From the NCBI GenBank assembly GCA_013265495.1, contig MU058065.1, forward strand, positions 808,001 through 872,000: a stretch of 64,000 bases of DNA, given 5' to 3'. Below, piece by piece: positions 13,240 to 24,796 of the stretch; the first letter of the stretch is position 1, and each line of letters begins with the position of its first letter. This stretch comes from Vicugna vicugna. Its lineage: Eukaryota. The notes under the pieces were generated by a model that saw only the letters and a program-made list of their open reading frames with translations, was not told the origin of the DNA and did no database searches. A program made the position numbers and the translations under genes.

Positions 13240-14460
13240 CTAGGGAGTACAGGAAGAAACATGCCGCAGACGGTACAATCAGGACGCTAGGATTTCATTT
13301 CCAAAATCATCCTGCTTTTTGCGTCGTGAATAGTCCACGTTCACATGCAGGAACAGCTCAACCGCTCTACTTCATGTAACTCTCAACAGCTCCTTTTTCT
13401 GGAATCTTGCTTGAACGAGTTCGGCTGTTTAACTGAACAGACCCCTTCAGGCAGTCCAACTAGTTGAGCCACGTATGAATCTTAACCTAGACACACTTCT
13501 GCTATTCTGTATTTAACAAGATTTCTGGGCTTGTTAATACAGCTCTTATAACTGATAGACTTAAAATTCAGAAGGAGTATGCATTTGGTCTTCAAAAGTA
13601 GCCAAAATGATTTATTTAAATACACAATCTTTCTACTTGATAGAGCTTAGTAAGAATAGAGATCAACTGTGCATTTCTTTTTTTTTTTTTCTCACAAGAT
13701 TATACAGCAAATATCTCTTTGAGGATTACATGCAGCAGGGCTCTGCTTCGTAGTGCAGGTGAACTCCACCCAGAGTTCCTGGCCTTGCTTGGATCAGAGG
13801 CGGAGTTAGGAGCCTAATAAAAGAGAAAAAGATCATTTATTTGCCCGCATAAACATATATTCATTTAGTGTGTTTGTGCGTAGAGCACGGCTATTCCTAC
13901 CTCCAAAGAGGAGATCAAACACAACAGATTGCATGTTGTACAAAAACCGCACATATCTAAATCCATTTTTACTAGCGGTACGTTAAGTTTACTTTGCCTC
14001 AATGTGTAACGCATTATCTGATTCATTTCACTGACTGATCCATCTACGCAGTCTCCGTATCAGATTTATAGGAATATAGAGGAAACACTTGGAATGAATC
14101 AATTTAAATGCGGTATTGAAGAAAAAGCGACCTTTGTGCAAAATCCAGATTTTTATGAATGTGCTTTGTTTTATGGGAGCAGAAATACCAGTGATAAATA
14201 TAACATTAGCATAAGGAGTCGCGCCGTCGCACCCAACGTTAAAAGCCTTAACAGGAAGAGCGCTTGAAATAATTTAGTGCTGATAAACAGCCCTGCAGGC
14301 AAGATTTTGGCAATTTGTGATAAACCACATATTTTAAAAGACTCACAGAAATCCTTCTAAGTGTGCGTTATGCTGGAGTTGCAGTGAGTCCACGGGGGTT
14401 CTAAGAAAAGTATTTTTAGAGCTGGACATTTTGCCATGGTTAACAAGGAAGTCGTTTCAG
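13240..14460. promoter_or_regulatory. Candidate cis-regulatory region (CpG-retaining, repeat-free)
   Basis: Manual count of ~10 CpG in 13261-13480 and ~20 in 13841-14460 despite low GC; no recognisable repeats. Confidence 0.4.
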
Positions 14461-16654
14461 TCAACAGTGGGAAGTCTGTGCACTTTCTCAGTGTTCTCAG
14501 CCTGGAGGTGGCAAACCAAGACAGGTAGTAACAGCTCAGTCAGGCAAGGTTCTGATTCTTGATCGTGGCAAACCATCATAATGAGCAATCACCTTTGCTA
14601 CAAGAAGATGAGAGGTGAATTCTAGTAAGAAAGAAGGAAAGAAAGAAATCCTAAATGCTCGATATAAAGTGGCTTATTTTTTCTTCACATTTTTGTTCTC
14701 TTGCATTCTTCAACTGCTTACCTTGAGCAAATGCAAGACACATTTTGGTGACATGATGGTTGATATGAAAAATAATTCTTAAAATAATCCAGTTCCCTAG
14801 GAAAATGAAAAGCATTGATAAATACCTTTGGGCGCATTCATCTATTGATGGATACTGTTGAGTTTTTGTATGAGAAAGTCCCCATACAAAATTGAATACA
14901 AAATCTGAGCCCATGGTTGTTAGGTAAGTGGTTGAGAATAGCCCTTTAAAACTTTGATGACATAGCAAACTTTCCTAGACATATAGAAGTTTAATTCTAT
15001 TTAAGACAACACAGAAAAGGATAATTCGTGGCTCCTAAAAGAATAATAAAGACATAACAATTCTGGATCTTTCTCTCTTCCTTTTTTTTTTCTTTAATTA
15101 GAAAAAATCCTTTCTTATGGGAAAGATAAGATGAAATTAATTGTACTGGGACATTGGCACATTTGGATTTATGTCTGTTTTTGCAACAATGGTTAGATTG
15201 ACATTTTGTCTAGACACAGGTTTGACAATATAGAAAATATGCAACTTACTGAAATTCTTGGAAGGCTGGGTAAAGAGAGTCAACCAGCTGGCATTCATCC
15301 TCAAAGGGAAGAGAGCAGTTCCAAAAAGTCCAAATGCCCACCCTTTCCAGGTGACGGTTACAAAACAGTGAGGATGACCCACTGTCACTACATTGCTGAG
15401 AAGGCAGCAGAACATAAGTATAAACCTAGAAAGCCGGGAAAAGGGTCCAAAGAGAGGAACTCCAGTTGACAGAGAGATGCTGGGATGAACCAAAAGGTTT
15501 AATGGAGTTTTTGTTCAGTGTTTTGATGATTTGACTGCCTACTCTTTGGTCATTTCTTCATAAGACAAACTTGAAACATCATTTTCGAGAAAGAAACTAG
15601 AAAGAAAATCCAGCAATCCCCATGAATGGTCACATTTTGTTTTTATTTTTAATGATAATTGTCATGCACATTTTAAAAGCGTTATTAGATTCAGATGAAA
15701 CTCTGTCAAGTTTCTATCACGTCTCTAGCATTTCAGGGATTTTCAGGTTTCTTCTTCAGTGTCCAATGTTCATTACTCTTGTGCTTGTTACGTTACTGTT
15801 CATTTCTGGCAGTAATTTGTGTAAAATCAGCAAAAAGTTTAAATCGTTTCACAGTGTTTATACATGATTGAATTCTCTTCATTAATGAGGCTATGAAAAA
15901 CTATTACTAACTCTATTAAAAACTTATCTCTTCCTTTTAGTAAATAACCACTTTTGGTATAATCTGTACATGTTTTGCCTATAATTTAGTTCTCAATATG
16001 AGAATCATTCAGTTAATTTCATTGCTCATCTTTATCACTTTTGTTTCCGATTTCATTGATTTTTATCAGAATGTTATTTTAACTCTTTAATCAATAAATT
16101 TAAATTCAACAAAAATGATACATATCATACATATCAAGACAAATGTCTGTAATTTCTCCAAAAAATTCTTATGAACATTTTTTTCCAAATTAGAAATAAA
16201 ATTGTGTATTCAAGCTTAATTACATGTTCCAATTCTATTAAAAAAGTATTGTGGATTTTAATTGAATATGCTGCCTTACTAAGACTATTCCTGAAGGTAG
16301 AAAATTTTGTTCTCAACTTTGGCTTTGATGAGGAACAAATTCTCTGCATGTAATTTTACATTTCAGATTTCATGAAGTGTTTTCCACACATTAGCTTCAG
16401 CTGCATAAATTTTAAACCTATTTTTCTTTCTTCTCTTCTCATCCATTTCCAGTACTGAATCTCATGAGTCCCATTCATAATGCAATGCAGCCCTGGCTAT
16501 ACACCTTTGTGTTATGCCAGCAGGTATGTAGGCATGGTGAACAGTAGGAATATTCCCCAGAGAAGTTTCTGATTATTGCACAGAAGTGACTGGGGACCAC
16601 ATAAAAATACCCTAGAATAAGAAATTAAAAGTACTCCTAACTTGAGCCTTCCTA

Positions 16655-16749
16655 ATGTAGATTGGTGCAGCCACTGTGGAGAACAGTACAGAGGCTCCTT
16701 AAAAAACTAAAAATAGAATTATCATATGATCCAGCAATCCCACTCTTGG

Positions 16750-16807
<58 letters not shown>

Positions 16808-17257
16808 GGAAATAAACTAAGTGTTCATGGATAGATGAATGAATAAAGAAGATATGGTATAAATTTACAATGGAATACTGCTCAGCCAGAGAAAAGAATG
16901 AAATTTTGCCTTTTGCAACAACATGGATGGACCTAAAGATTATCACACTAAGCGAAGTCAGACAAAGAAAGACAAATATCATAGGTTATCACTTACATGT
17001 AAAACCTGAAAAATGACACAAAGGAACTAATTTGCAAAACAGAAACAGACTCACAGACATAGGAGATAATCCTGTGGTTACCAAAGGGGACAGGGTTGGA
17101 GAGGGATAAATTAGGAGTTTGGGGTTAACAGATACACACTTCTGTATGTAAAACAGATAACAATAAGAACTTACTATGTGGCACAGGAAACAATATTCAA
17201 CATCTTGTAATAACTTATAATGAAAAAGAATCTGAAAAAGAACATATATATGTTTTG
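16655..17257 (+). mobile_element. Older L1 3' fragment (ORF2 end + 3'UTR) with internal deletion
   Basis: ATTGGTGCAGCCACTGTGGAGAACAG...ATGATCCAGCAATCCCACTC and GCAACAACATGGATGGACCT...ACAGACTCACAGACATAG are L1 ORF2 end and 3'UTR motifs. Confidence 0.9.
16751..16804. repeat. (TG)5(TA)22 compound microsatellite
   Basis: Directly visible. Confidence 0.97.
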
Positions 17258-17507
17258 AAAAGTATCCCTAATTTAACTATTTAACTTCCCTTTAGCTGGA
17301 TCTCCTAAATACCATGGCCAAACCAAAAAAAAAAAAAAGGAAATTTAGAGTGGAAAGTGTCAGTCTTAATTAAATGTAGGTAAATATATATCACTTTTGT
17401 GACAATTATGTAAACATATTTATGTAAACACAGGACCCTCCTGGAAAAAGCTATGCAAATGAGGGACTCCAAAGCTTACTCTTTCTTCATTTCGCTGTAA
17501 ACCTGAC

Positions 17508-18123
17508 GGTGGTAGGCAAAATTCTAAGATGCTCCCTCCAAGATTCCCAGCCACCAGTGTAAACACCTTCTCCCAGTTAATTCTTATACTAAGCCAGGTT
17601 CTGCAGCAAGGAGGTTTTATATGCATAACTAAGGACTGAAATCAGTAGACCTTGAGATTATCCAGGTGGGCCTGACCTCATGACATGGGCGCTTTAAAAG
17701 CAGAATTTTCTCTGGTAGGTCACAGCGGAGAAAGTCCGAGAGGTGTGCACTGGCTAGCCTGGAAGGACGAAGACGTAAGCTGTAGACTACCTTGAGGGAC
17801 AAGGAGCGAGGAACCACAGGCGGCCTCTACTTGCTAGGAGCTGTCACTGGTCATGAATCAGAAGGAAAATGGAATCTCCATCCTGTGGCTTTAGTGAAAT
17901 AAATTCTGCCAAATCAATGGTTTTAGAATAGAACCCTGAGCCCAGATGAGACCACAGCCCCAGCTGACACCTTAATTTCCTCCCAGTGAGATCCTGAGCA
18001 GAGATCCCAGCCATTCCATGTCCAAATCTCAGACCTACAGAAAGTCTGAGATGATAAATGTGTGTTATTTGAAGCTGTCAGGTTTGTGGCAATTTGTCAC
18101 GCAGCAATAGAAAGCTATTAAAA
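17508..18123 (+). mobile_element. MaLR LTR, MLT1E/D-like solo LTR
   Basis: Starts GTGGTAGGCAAAATTCTAAGATG, contains GAGATTATCCAGGTGGGCCT and ACAGCCCCAGCTGACACCTT, ends GTTTGTGGCAATTTGTCACGCAGCAATAGAAAGCTA. Confidence 0.85.
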
Positions 18124-18132
18124 TGCCTTTCT

Positions 18133-19107
18133 GCATGTAAAACAATGAAGCTAGAACACACCCTTACACCATATACAAAAATCAACTCAAAATGGATTAA
18201 AGACTTAAACATAAGACAAGATACAATAAACCTCCTAGAGGAAAACATAGGCAAAACATTATCTGACATACATTTCAAAAATTTTCTCCTAGAAGAAATA
18301 AAAGCAAGAATAAACAAATGGGACCTAATGAAACTTACAAGCTTCTGCAGAGCAAAGGAAACCAGAAATAAAACAAGAAGAAAACCTACGGAATGGGAGA
18401 AAATTTTTGCAAGTGAAACCGACAAAGGCTTGATCTCCAAAATATATAAGCAGCTCATACGACTCAATAAGAAAAAAATAAACAACCCAATCCAAAAATG
18501 GGCAGAAGACCTAAACAAGCAATTCTCCAAGGAAGACATACAAATGATCAAAAAGCACATGAAAAAATGTTCAATATCACTAATTATCAGAGAAATGCAA
18601 ATCAAAACTACAATGAGGTATCACCTCACACCAGTCAGAATGGCCGTCATTCAAAAATCCAAAAATGACAAATGCTGGAGAGGCTGTGGAGAAAGGGGAA
18701 CCCTCCTACACTGCTGGTGGGAATGCAGTTTGGTGCAGCCACTATGGAAAACAGTGTGGAGATTCCTCAAAAGACTAGGAATAGACTTACCATATGACCC
18801 AGGAATCCCACTCCTGGGCTTGTACCCAGAAGGAAATCTACTTCAGGATGACACCTGCACCCCAATGTTCATAGCAGCACTATTTACAATAGCCAAAACA
18901 TGGAAACAACCTAAATGTCCATCAACAGGTGACTGGATAAAGAAGATGTGGTATATTTATACAATGGAATACTACTCAGCCATAAAAACCGACAACATAA
19001 TGCCATTTGCAGCAACATGGATGCTCCTAGAGAATGTCATTCTAAGTGAAGTAAGCCAGAAAGAGAAAGAAAAATACCATATGAGATCGCTCATATGTGG
19101 AATCTAA
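18133..19107 (+). pseudogene. LINE-1 ORF2p C-terminal fragment (post-RT region and CCHC cysteine-rich domain); frame open but 5'-truncated
   Basis: Translation includes [34 protein letters not shown] and [10 protein letters not shown]; endonuclease and RT domains are absent. Confidence 0.95.
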
Positions 19108-19440
19108 AAACCAAAAACAAACAAACAAACAAAAACAAAGCATAAATACAGGACAGAAATGGACTCATGGACAGAGAATACAGACTTGTGGTTACCGGGG
19201 TGGGGGGCGGGGTAGAGGGTGGGAAGGGATAGACTGGGATTTCAAAATTGTAGAACAGATAAACAAGATTACACTGTATAGCACAGGGAAATATACACAA
19301 AATGTTATGATAAATCACAGAGAAAAAAATGTGACAATGAGTGTGTATATGTCCATGTATGACTGAAAAATTGTACTGAACACTGGAATTTGACACAACA
19401 CTGTAAAATGATTATGAATCAATAAAAATGTAAAAAAAAA
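18133..19440 (+). mobile_element. Young 5'-truncated LINE-1 with polyA signal, A tail and 13-bp TSD
   Basis: ORF2 C-terminus, 3'UTR with G-rich tract, AATAAA at 19421-19426 and A tail; TSD AAAATGCCTTTCT at 18120-18132 and 19437-19449; TT/AAAA target site. Confidence 0.97.
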
Positions 19441-20689
19441 TGCCTTTCTTTGTAGGAGTTAAATATGGGGGGGCAGGTTATAAATTGGGGAAATCTCAAT
19501 TCATACAAGCAAAACCAGGGTGTGAGAGAGAGAAAGTGCACAGCAAAATGACAAGGACAGAGTCTTACTCACCTCAAAGACATTTGGTCCAGGATCACTG
19601 ACAGGTCTGAAGGGAGACAGGGTGAATGGAGCGCCAAACTCACCTTCCCAGTGATGCGGGAGAAGCTGAAAGGTGGCAAGTCAGGGGTGCTGACTTTCAG
19701 AAGCAGGACCACTGTGAGGACTGCATCCCATGAGAAGGTATCTTTAGGCACAGCTGAAGTGAACATTTGAGAGGTGCAAAAATAATGAATAGGACCAAAG
19801 TAAGCATTGGGTTTTTTGGATTTTATTTGTATGGTTTGCACATAGAATCTCAGCTTTCCCCTACAATATCTTTTCAAAAATCTACATTAAAAATCTACAT
19901 TACTTGAAGATGATTTTGCTATAAGTGGATGCCTTATGGTAAAAGTGAAGAGGACCGAAATTGGTTGGAGTAAGGTTGAGGCGGGGCCAGCACAGAGAGG
20001 CAGGAGGAGCCTTGCAGCTGGGAAAGAACTGTTCTTGGACAAGGATGCTCTAGGTGTCAACTGACTTCAATCATGACCTCAGGTGGAGAGTGAAGGGGAT
20101 CTGTGAGTAAAATATTTATGATAATCACATGTAACTGTAGACGTCTGAAGAAGGACATGTTGTGAGATCAGAGGTGTCATCACGGAAACAAGGTGACATT
20201 TGCTTTGATGAATTCTCCAAGGTTCAGGGTATGAAACTCCGCTTTCATCTCAGAAGCTTGATTTATTCAGCTTGATGTATCTCTTGGAAGGAGCAGGGAA
20301 GGGACATATAGAATAATTAAACTCTCTGATATGTTTACACAAGAATGCAAATTTACAATGAGAAATATAATGTCAAGAATACTGGGATATATCTGTTGGT
20401 GTAGCCAGCACCATTTTTTTTTTCAGAAGCAGAAAAGAACTACACAGGAATTTGAATTATAAAAGAAGATACCTTGATAAGCTTGGAATTAGAGAAAAGA
20501 AGGTCAAGGTGTTGTTTCCAATGTTTAAGAGCGTTAGGCTCCAACAGCCATGTATGACCATCTTCACATCGCGGGCACACCTGCTACACTACCTGGAATT
20601 ACACATTTCTGTCTCAAATAGTCTTCATACTATATTTTCTGGCTAGATATGCCCTGGCATTAAGAATATCCCTCCAATATGAATTCCTT

Positions 20690-20872
20690 CCTCACTGTCA
20701 TTATGCATCTAGCATAGTATTTATTACATTATATTAATAGATATGATGCTTACTTAGACCATAAACTCTTTGCGGTTGGGGTCAACCCTTAAGAGTTTTC
20801 ATAATCCCAGCAGCTGGCATAGTCCCTGACACAGTCATATGTCCTCAACAAGTGATCATGAATTAGCTAGCT
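20690..20872 (+). mobile_element. L2 3' end fragment
   Basis: CTTAGACCATAAACTCTTTGCGGTTGGGG...GCATAGTCCCTGACACAGTCATATGTCCTCAACAAGTG. Confidence 0.6.
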
Positions 20873-20883
20873 GATAAGGAAAG

Positions 20884-20951
20884 AAGGAAGGAAGGAAGGA
20901 AGGAAGGAAGGAAGGAAGGAAGGAAGGAAGGAAGGAAGGAAGGAAGGAAGG
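20884..20951. repeat. (AAGG)17 microsatellite
   Basis: Directly visible perfect array. Confidence 0.97.
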
Positions 20952-21899
20952 GAGGGTATGGGTGATATTTTCACATGTAATCTTTTTTTCTTTTCTTCAT
21001 CTATTTTATACCTGTTAGGCTGGGTATACTTTATTTTTTCTCTAATCAAAAACTAATAAAGTTAACACCAGTTCTATGAAGACTCAATAAACGTGCTCAG
21101 AAATTTCTCACATCAAAGGAAACACAAACATCTTTGTTGTGTGGTCTTTTAGGTGTTTTCCACGTGCTCAATGTTGGCAAAGTCCTTTTCCTTTTCAACA
21201 CAGATCCATTCCAACCTAGCTTGTCTTGGTGATACACATATTGCTCTTGAAGCATATTTATAAAGGTATAGTTCAGTTAGAACTTTATTTTTAAGATGAA
21301 TGAAAGAAACACTAGTATTAATGGAGAAGCTCTCTTCTGTAAATATTAAAAGTAGCTCAAATTTTAAAAAGGTAAAAAATAGCATTTATGTTGAATACTT
21401 CTCATAAGATCTTTGCAGGACAATTTAAAAAAAAAACCACTCTGGAATAATAGTTCATTTCTCTGTTATCAGTTACTACTGCATGTATAAAGCAATTAGC
21501 TTCACATAATATTTTATATGGTAATAACTTGACAGGATGTTAGGGGTCAGTTAAAAATCGAACACAAATTATCCGTGATTTACTTACTCCCCAGATCTCG
21601 AAAAGAACCTCAGGATTTGCCTTTACTTATGGTCAAAAGAGAGAATGAAACATACGTCATTCATTACTGTCCATTAAGATGAGGTTCATTCAAGATACGA
21701 CCATTCACTTAAGAAGTGGTACCTTAGCCATTCTGTCCACAGATATTTGGTAGAATATTTGTGATGCCCATAGCCCTGAGTCAGACCCTCGGGGCAATTT
21801 AAAAAATGGATCAGATTTTACTACTGCCCTTAAGAGACTTATATTCACTAAAAGAGAGATATATCCATAGAAATAAGAGTATTTCCACCCTGTTGAAAT

Positions 21900-22890
21900 G
21901 AATATCTGTTTAACTAGACCATCATTTAAGATAATGCAAAATTAAGGAATGTTAAACAAAGATAGAAAGTGTTTATGACCACAGGCTAAAGGAACTCCTA
22001 AAAGAATATATTAAAAAAGCATACTACAAAAGAATATGCTTCAGTAAGAAAAGCATTGAACTTATAAAGGAGTGTAACAAGGAAAAATTGATTAACTTAT
22101 TGATAAATATAAACCAGAACTTCTTTGAGAAACATAATGGCTAAGGTGAGGGAGGGATTAAAAATAAAATGGCATTAAAATGTTGAACTGAAGTCCAGGT
22201 GCATTAGTAATTAAAACTTGAAAGTGTAAATTATCATTTATAAGAAAGAAATTCTCAGTTTAGATTTTCAAAAAAAACAAGATACATTCTGTTTATTAGA
22301 AACACTTCTAAAAATAAGTTGACTCAAAAGTAAAGAGATTAAAATTATAAAACAAGTCTTACATATTCATTTTGTTAGATAAAAATAAATTATGGATAAA
22401 TAATTTCTCAATTTAATGATAAAATAAAAAATTCACTAGAAAATTTTAATTTTGAACTTAGATATAATCCTAAAATATATAAGCAAACACTGGCAGAATT
22501 ATGATTAAATGTAAAGACATTAATTGGTAGAGATCTTAACATAATTGTTGAAAACTTGACAGATTAAGCATCAAAATATAAATAAAATATGGAAGTTTTA
22601 AACACCCCAATTAGTAAGCTTCATTTAAAAGAAATACACCAAATTTGCTCTTAAGTTTTAAAGAATAAAAATTATTTTTAAAAGCGTGCATTGCAACTTT
22701 ACCAAAAAAAGATTTTAATATGCTTCTCAGATACTTGACAAATTAAGCAGTAAGAAAGCCAGGAAGGACACAGAGGTTTTGAAAACTGTAATTAATAAGC
22801 TTGATTTAAAAGAAATATGAAGGACAATTCACTTAACTATTAGATTATTATTTTCAGAGAAATATGGAGCCTTTACGCACTCTGACAAGT
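21900..22890 (+). mobile_element. Ancient L1M fragments (inter-ORF and ORF2 endonuclease region)
   Basis: A-rich degenerate L1 motifs (CTAAAATATATAAGCAAACACTGGCAGAATT, GTAGAGATCTTAACA, AATAAGCTTGATTTAA). Confidence 0.6.
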
Positions 22891-22899
22891 ACCTAATCT

Positions 22900-23760
22900 G
22901 ACCAAAGGCCACTGATTTTTACCACTGACTTCACCCTTACAGTCTCATCGTGTATTACCTTTGCTTGCAAACCATAGCCACCTAGAGATCCCACTGTCAA
23001 CGACAATTTGGTATTTCTAATTTGTCACCTCATCTGCACAACACATCTCTTCTACCTGGTGTCCCACATTCTTTTTCTTTTGTTACAGTCCTTCCAGTTG
23101 TTGTACCTTTTTGGTCTGTTCCTTTCCATTACCATCTATCTCCATCTGTAATCCATGTTGATCCTTAATATTTAATTACATTTCACAGTGCATCTCACAT
23201 AAAACCTTCCTTTTTAGTCCAACTACCTCCAACTTGCTTATGGAATTCTGACAGGTCCCTCATTTCTCTCTCTGGAATTTTCTAGTCAATCCGTCTTGCA
23301 TTAAGCTACCAAGTACATCTCGCTAGAATTCTTTCATCATGTCACTTGCTTACTCAAAACATACAGAGGTTTCTGGTGCATATGAAACAGAGATTTGACT
23401 TTAGCATTCAAAAATGCCCAATAACTCCTCAAATGACCTCTCAAACTTCATATTTCATGAAGTTCCTATAAGAATATTTTCCCCAAAGAGGAATAACGGT
23501 AGATCTGCCCCCTGCTATGTATAGAATGTCCGCGTTTCTCTTTGATTTTGTTCACGCCCAGTTTTCCCCACTGTCAATGTACTTCCCAGTCCTCTCCCCA
23601 TCCATTTCTCAAGGCCCAAATTTCTGCTTGAAATATCCTCTAAATACCTTCTCCAAGGGATCATGATACGTCCTCAGCTCCTCTAGCAATTATTTACATT
23701 ATACACCTATGACTTCTGAGTCTGCTGTGCAATTTCTTTTATTGTCTGAACTGTAATCGT
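22900..23760 (+). mobile_element. L2 fragments
   Basis: Pyrimidine-rich; CATCATGTCACTTGCTTACTCAAAAC and TTCTCAAGGCCCAAAT are L2-like. Confidence 0.55.
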
Positions 23761-23851
23761 ATTTCATAAGTTTTCTTACCGATTCACTGTTCAGGAAGAG
23801 GAACCTACAAATGGTAAGGCAGAGGATGTCAAAGCTGCAGGGCAAAGCTTC

Positions 23852-24110
23852 TTCCATTTAACAAATGCTTATCACAACTGCTTTCATAAACCTATGATGA
23901 TGAAGCTGACAGGCTAGTCCCTGCCTTCATGGATCTTATAGATGGGTGGCAGAGCAATATAAGGTAGCAATAAGCAGAAATAAGCTCTGAAAGAGAAGTT
24001 TAGTGTGTCTAGAGAGTGTTACAGGGGAGGGCTATTTTACATTGATGGGGAGAAGAGGTGACAAGGAAATGTCTCTGGGAATATGACATTTAATGAAGTT
24101 TTGAGCATGT
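23852..24110 (-). mobile_element. L2 fragment
   Basis: CATTTAACAAATGCTT...AGTCCCTGCCTTCATGGATCTTATAG...AAGGAAATGTCTCTGG. Confidence 0.6.
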
Positions 24111-24659
24111 GTAAATCTCTTCAAATATACTTTTTTAAAAAACAAGAATGAGGAATATGTTATCAGAGATACATTAGATACAACCAGTTTTAGAACTGTG
24201 AATCTGTGTGATTTTGAACAGGATATTATTAATAAGAGATGGATAGCTCTTGGATAAAAAAAATCATTTATTTTATCCAAAACAGACAACATTCAGGAAA
24301 TATTTTTCTCTTCAGGGATTAGTAATCAGTTATTATACATCATTAACATTTAATACTTCTTAACATTTTACCAGAAGAGTCATTTCCTGTTTTTCTAAAT
24401 TATGGCAGTCATATTGGAAATAAGTCTTGGGTAACAAGTTCATACAAGTTAATTGTATCTTTGTTTTGGGGCAGGGAGGTGGGGGTATTAAGTGAAATAC
24501 GGCAGGTGATATCTACCAATAACCAGCAGGAGGGGCTATTGCAGATTCTTCTTTCCCTTTCCTCATCCTTTGGAGGATACTCAGATGCCATGTAGTCATT
24601 TATGCAAAGGCTATTCATTGCATATCCATCAAGTCAGGTGGCATCTCTGAAGACAGCAA

Positions 24660-24796
24660 TGACAGTCAGGTGCCCAGGATTACAGTTCAAGCCATGCCCT
24701 TGGAAGAATCCTAGATCTCAATTTTCCTCTATCACGACAGTTGGGATTTAGGTCAAGATAATCATTAAAGTCTTATTCAGCCCTAAACTCTATTCT
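24660..24796 (+). mobile_element. MIR/MIR3 fragment
   Basis: CTCAATTTTCCTC...GATAATCATTAAAGTCTTATTCAGCCCTAAACTCTATT resembles the MIR3/MIRc end. Confidence 0.5.

Noticed and set aside
13233..13379. Plus-strand coding exon after TCAATGTATCTAG
   Set aside because: The acceptor is weak, the frames I translated stop within ~45 codons, and the peptides are unrecognisable.
18094..18132. N-terminal extension of the 337-aa ORF as a host-L1 fusion gene
   Set aside because: The start is TTG inside the MLT1 end and TSD; there is no evidence of a promoter or splice context.
18078..18605. 175-aa hydrophobic minus-strand ORF
   Set aside because: It is the antisense frame of the A-rich L1 ORF2, a common source of spurious membrane-protein calls.
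20867..21049. ORF with PSFL repeats
   Set aside because: Translation of the (CCTT)n microsatellite.
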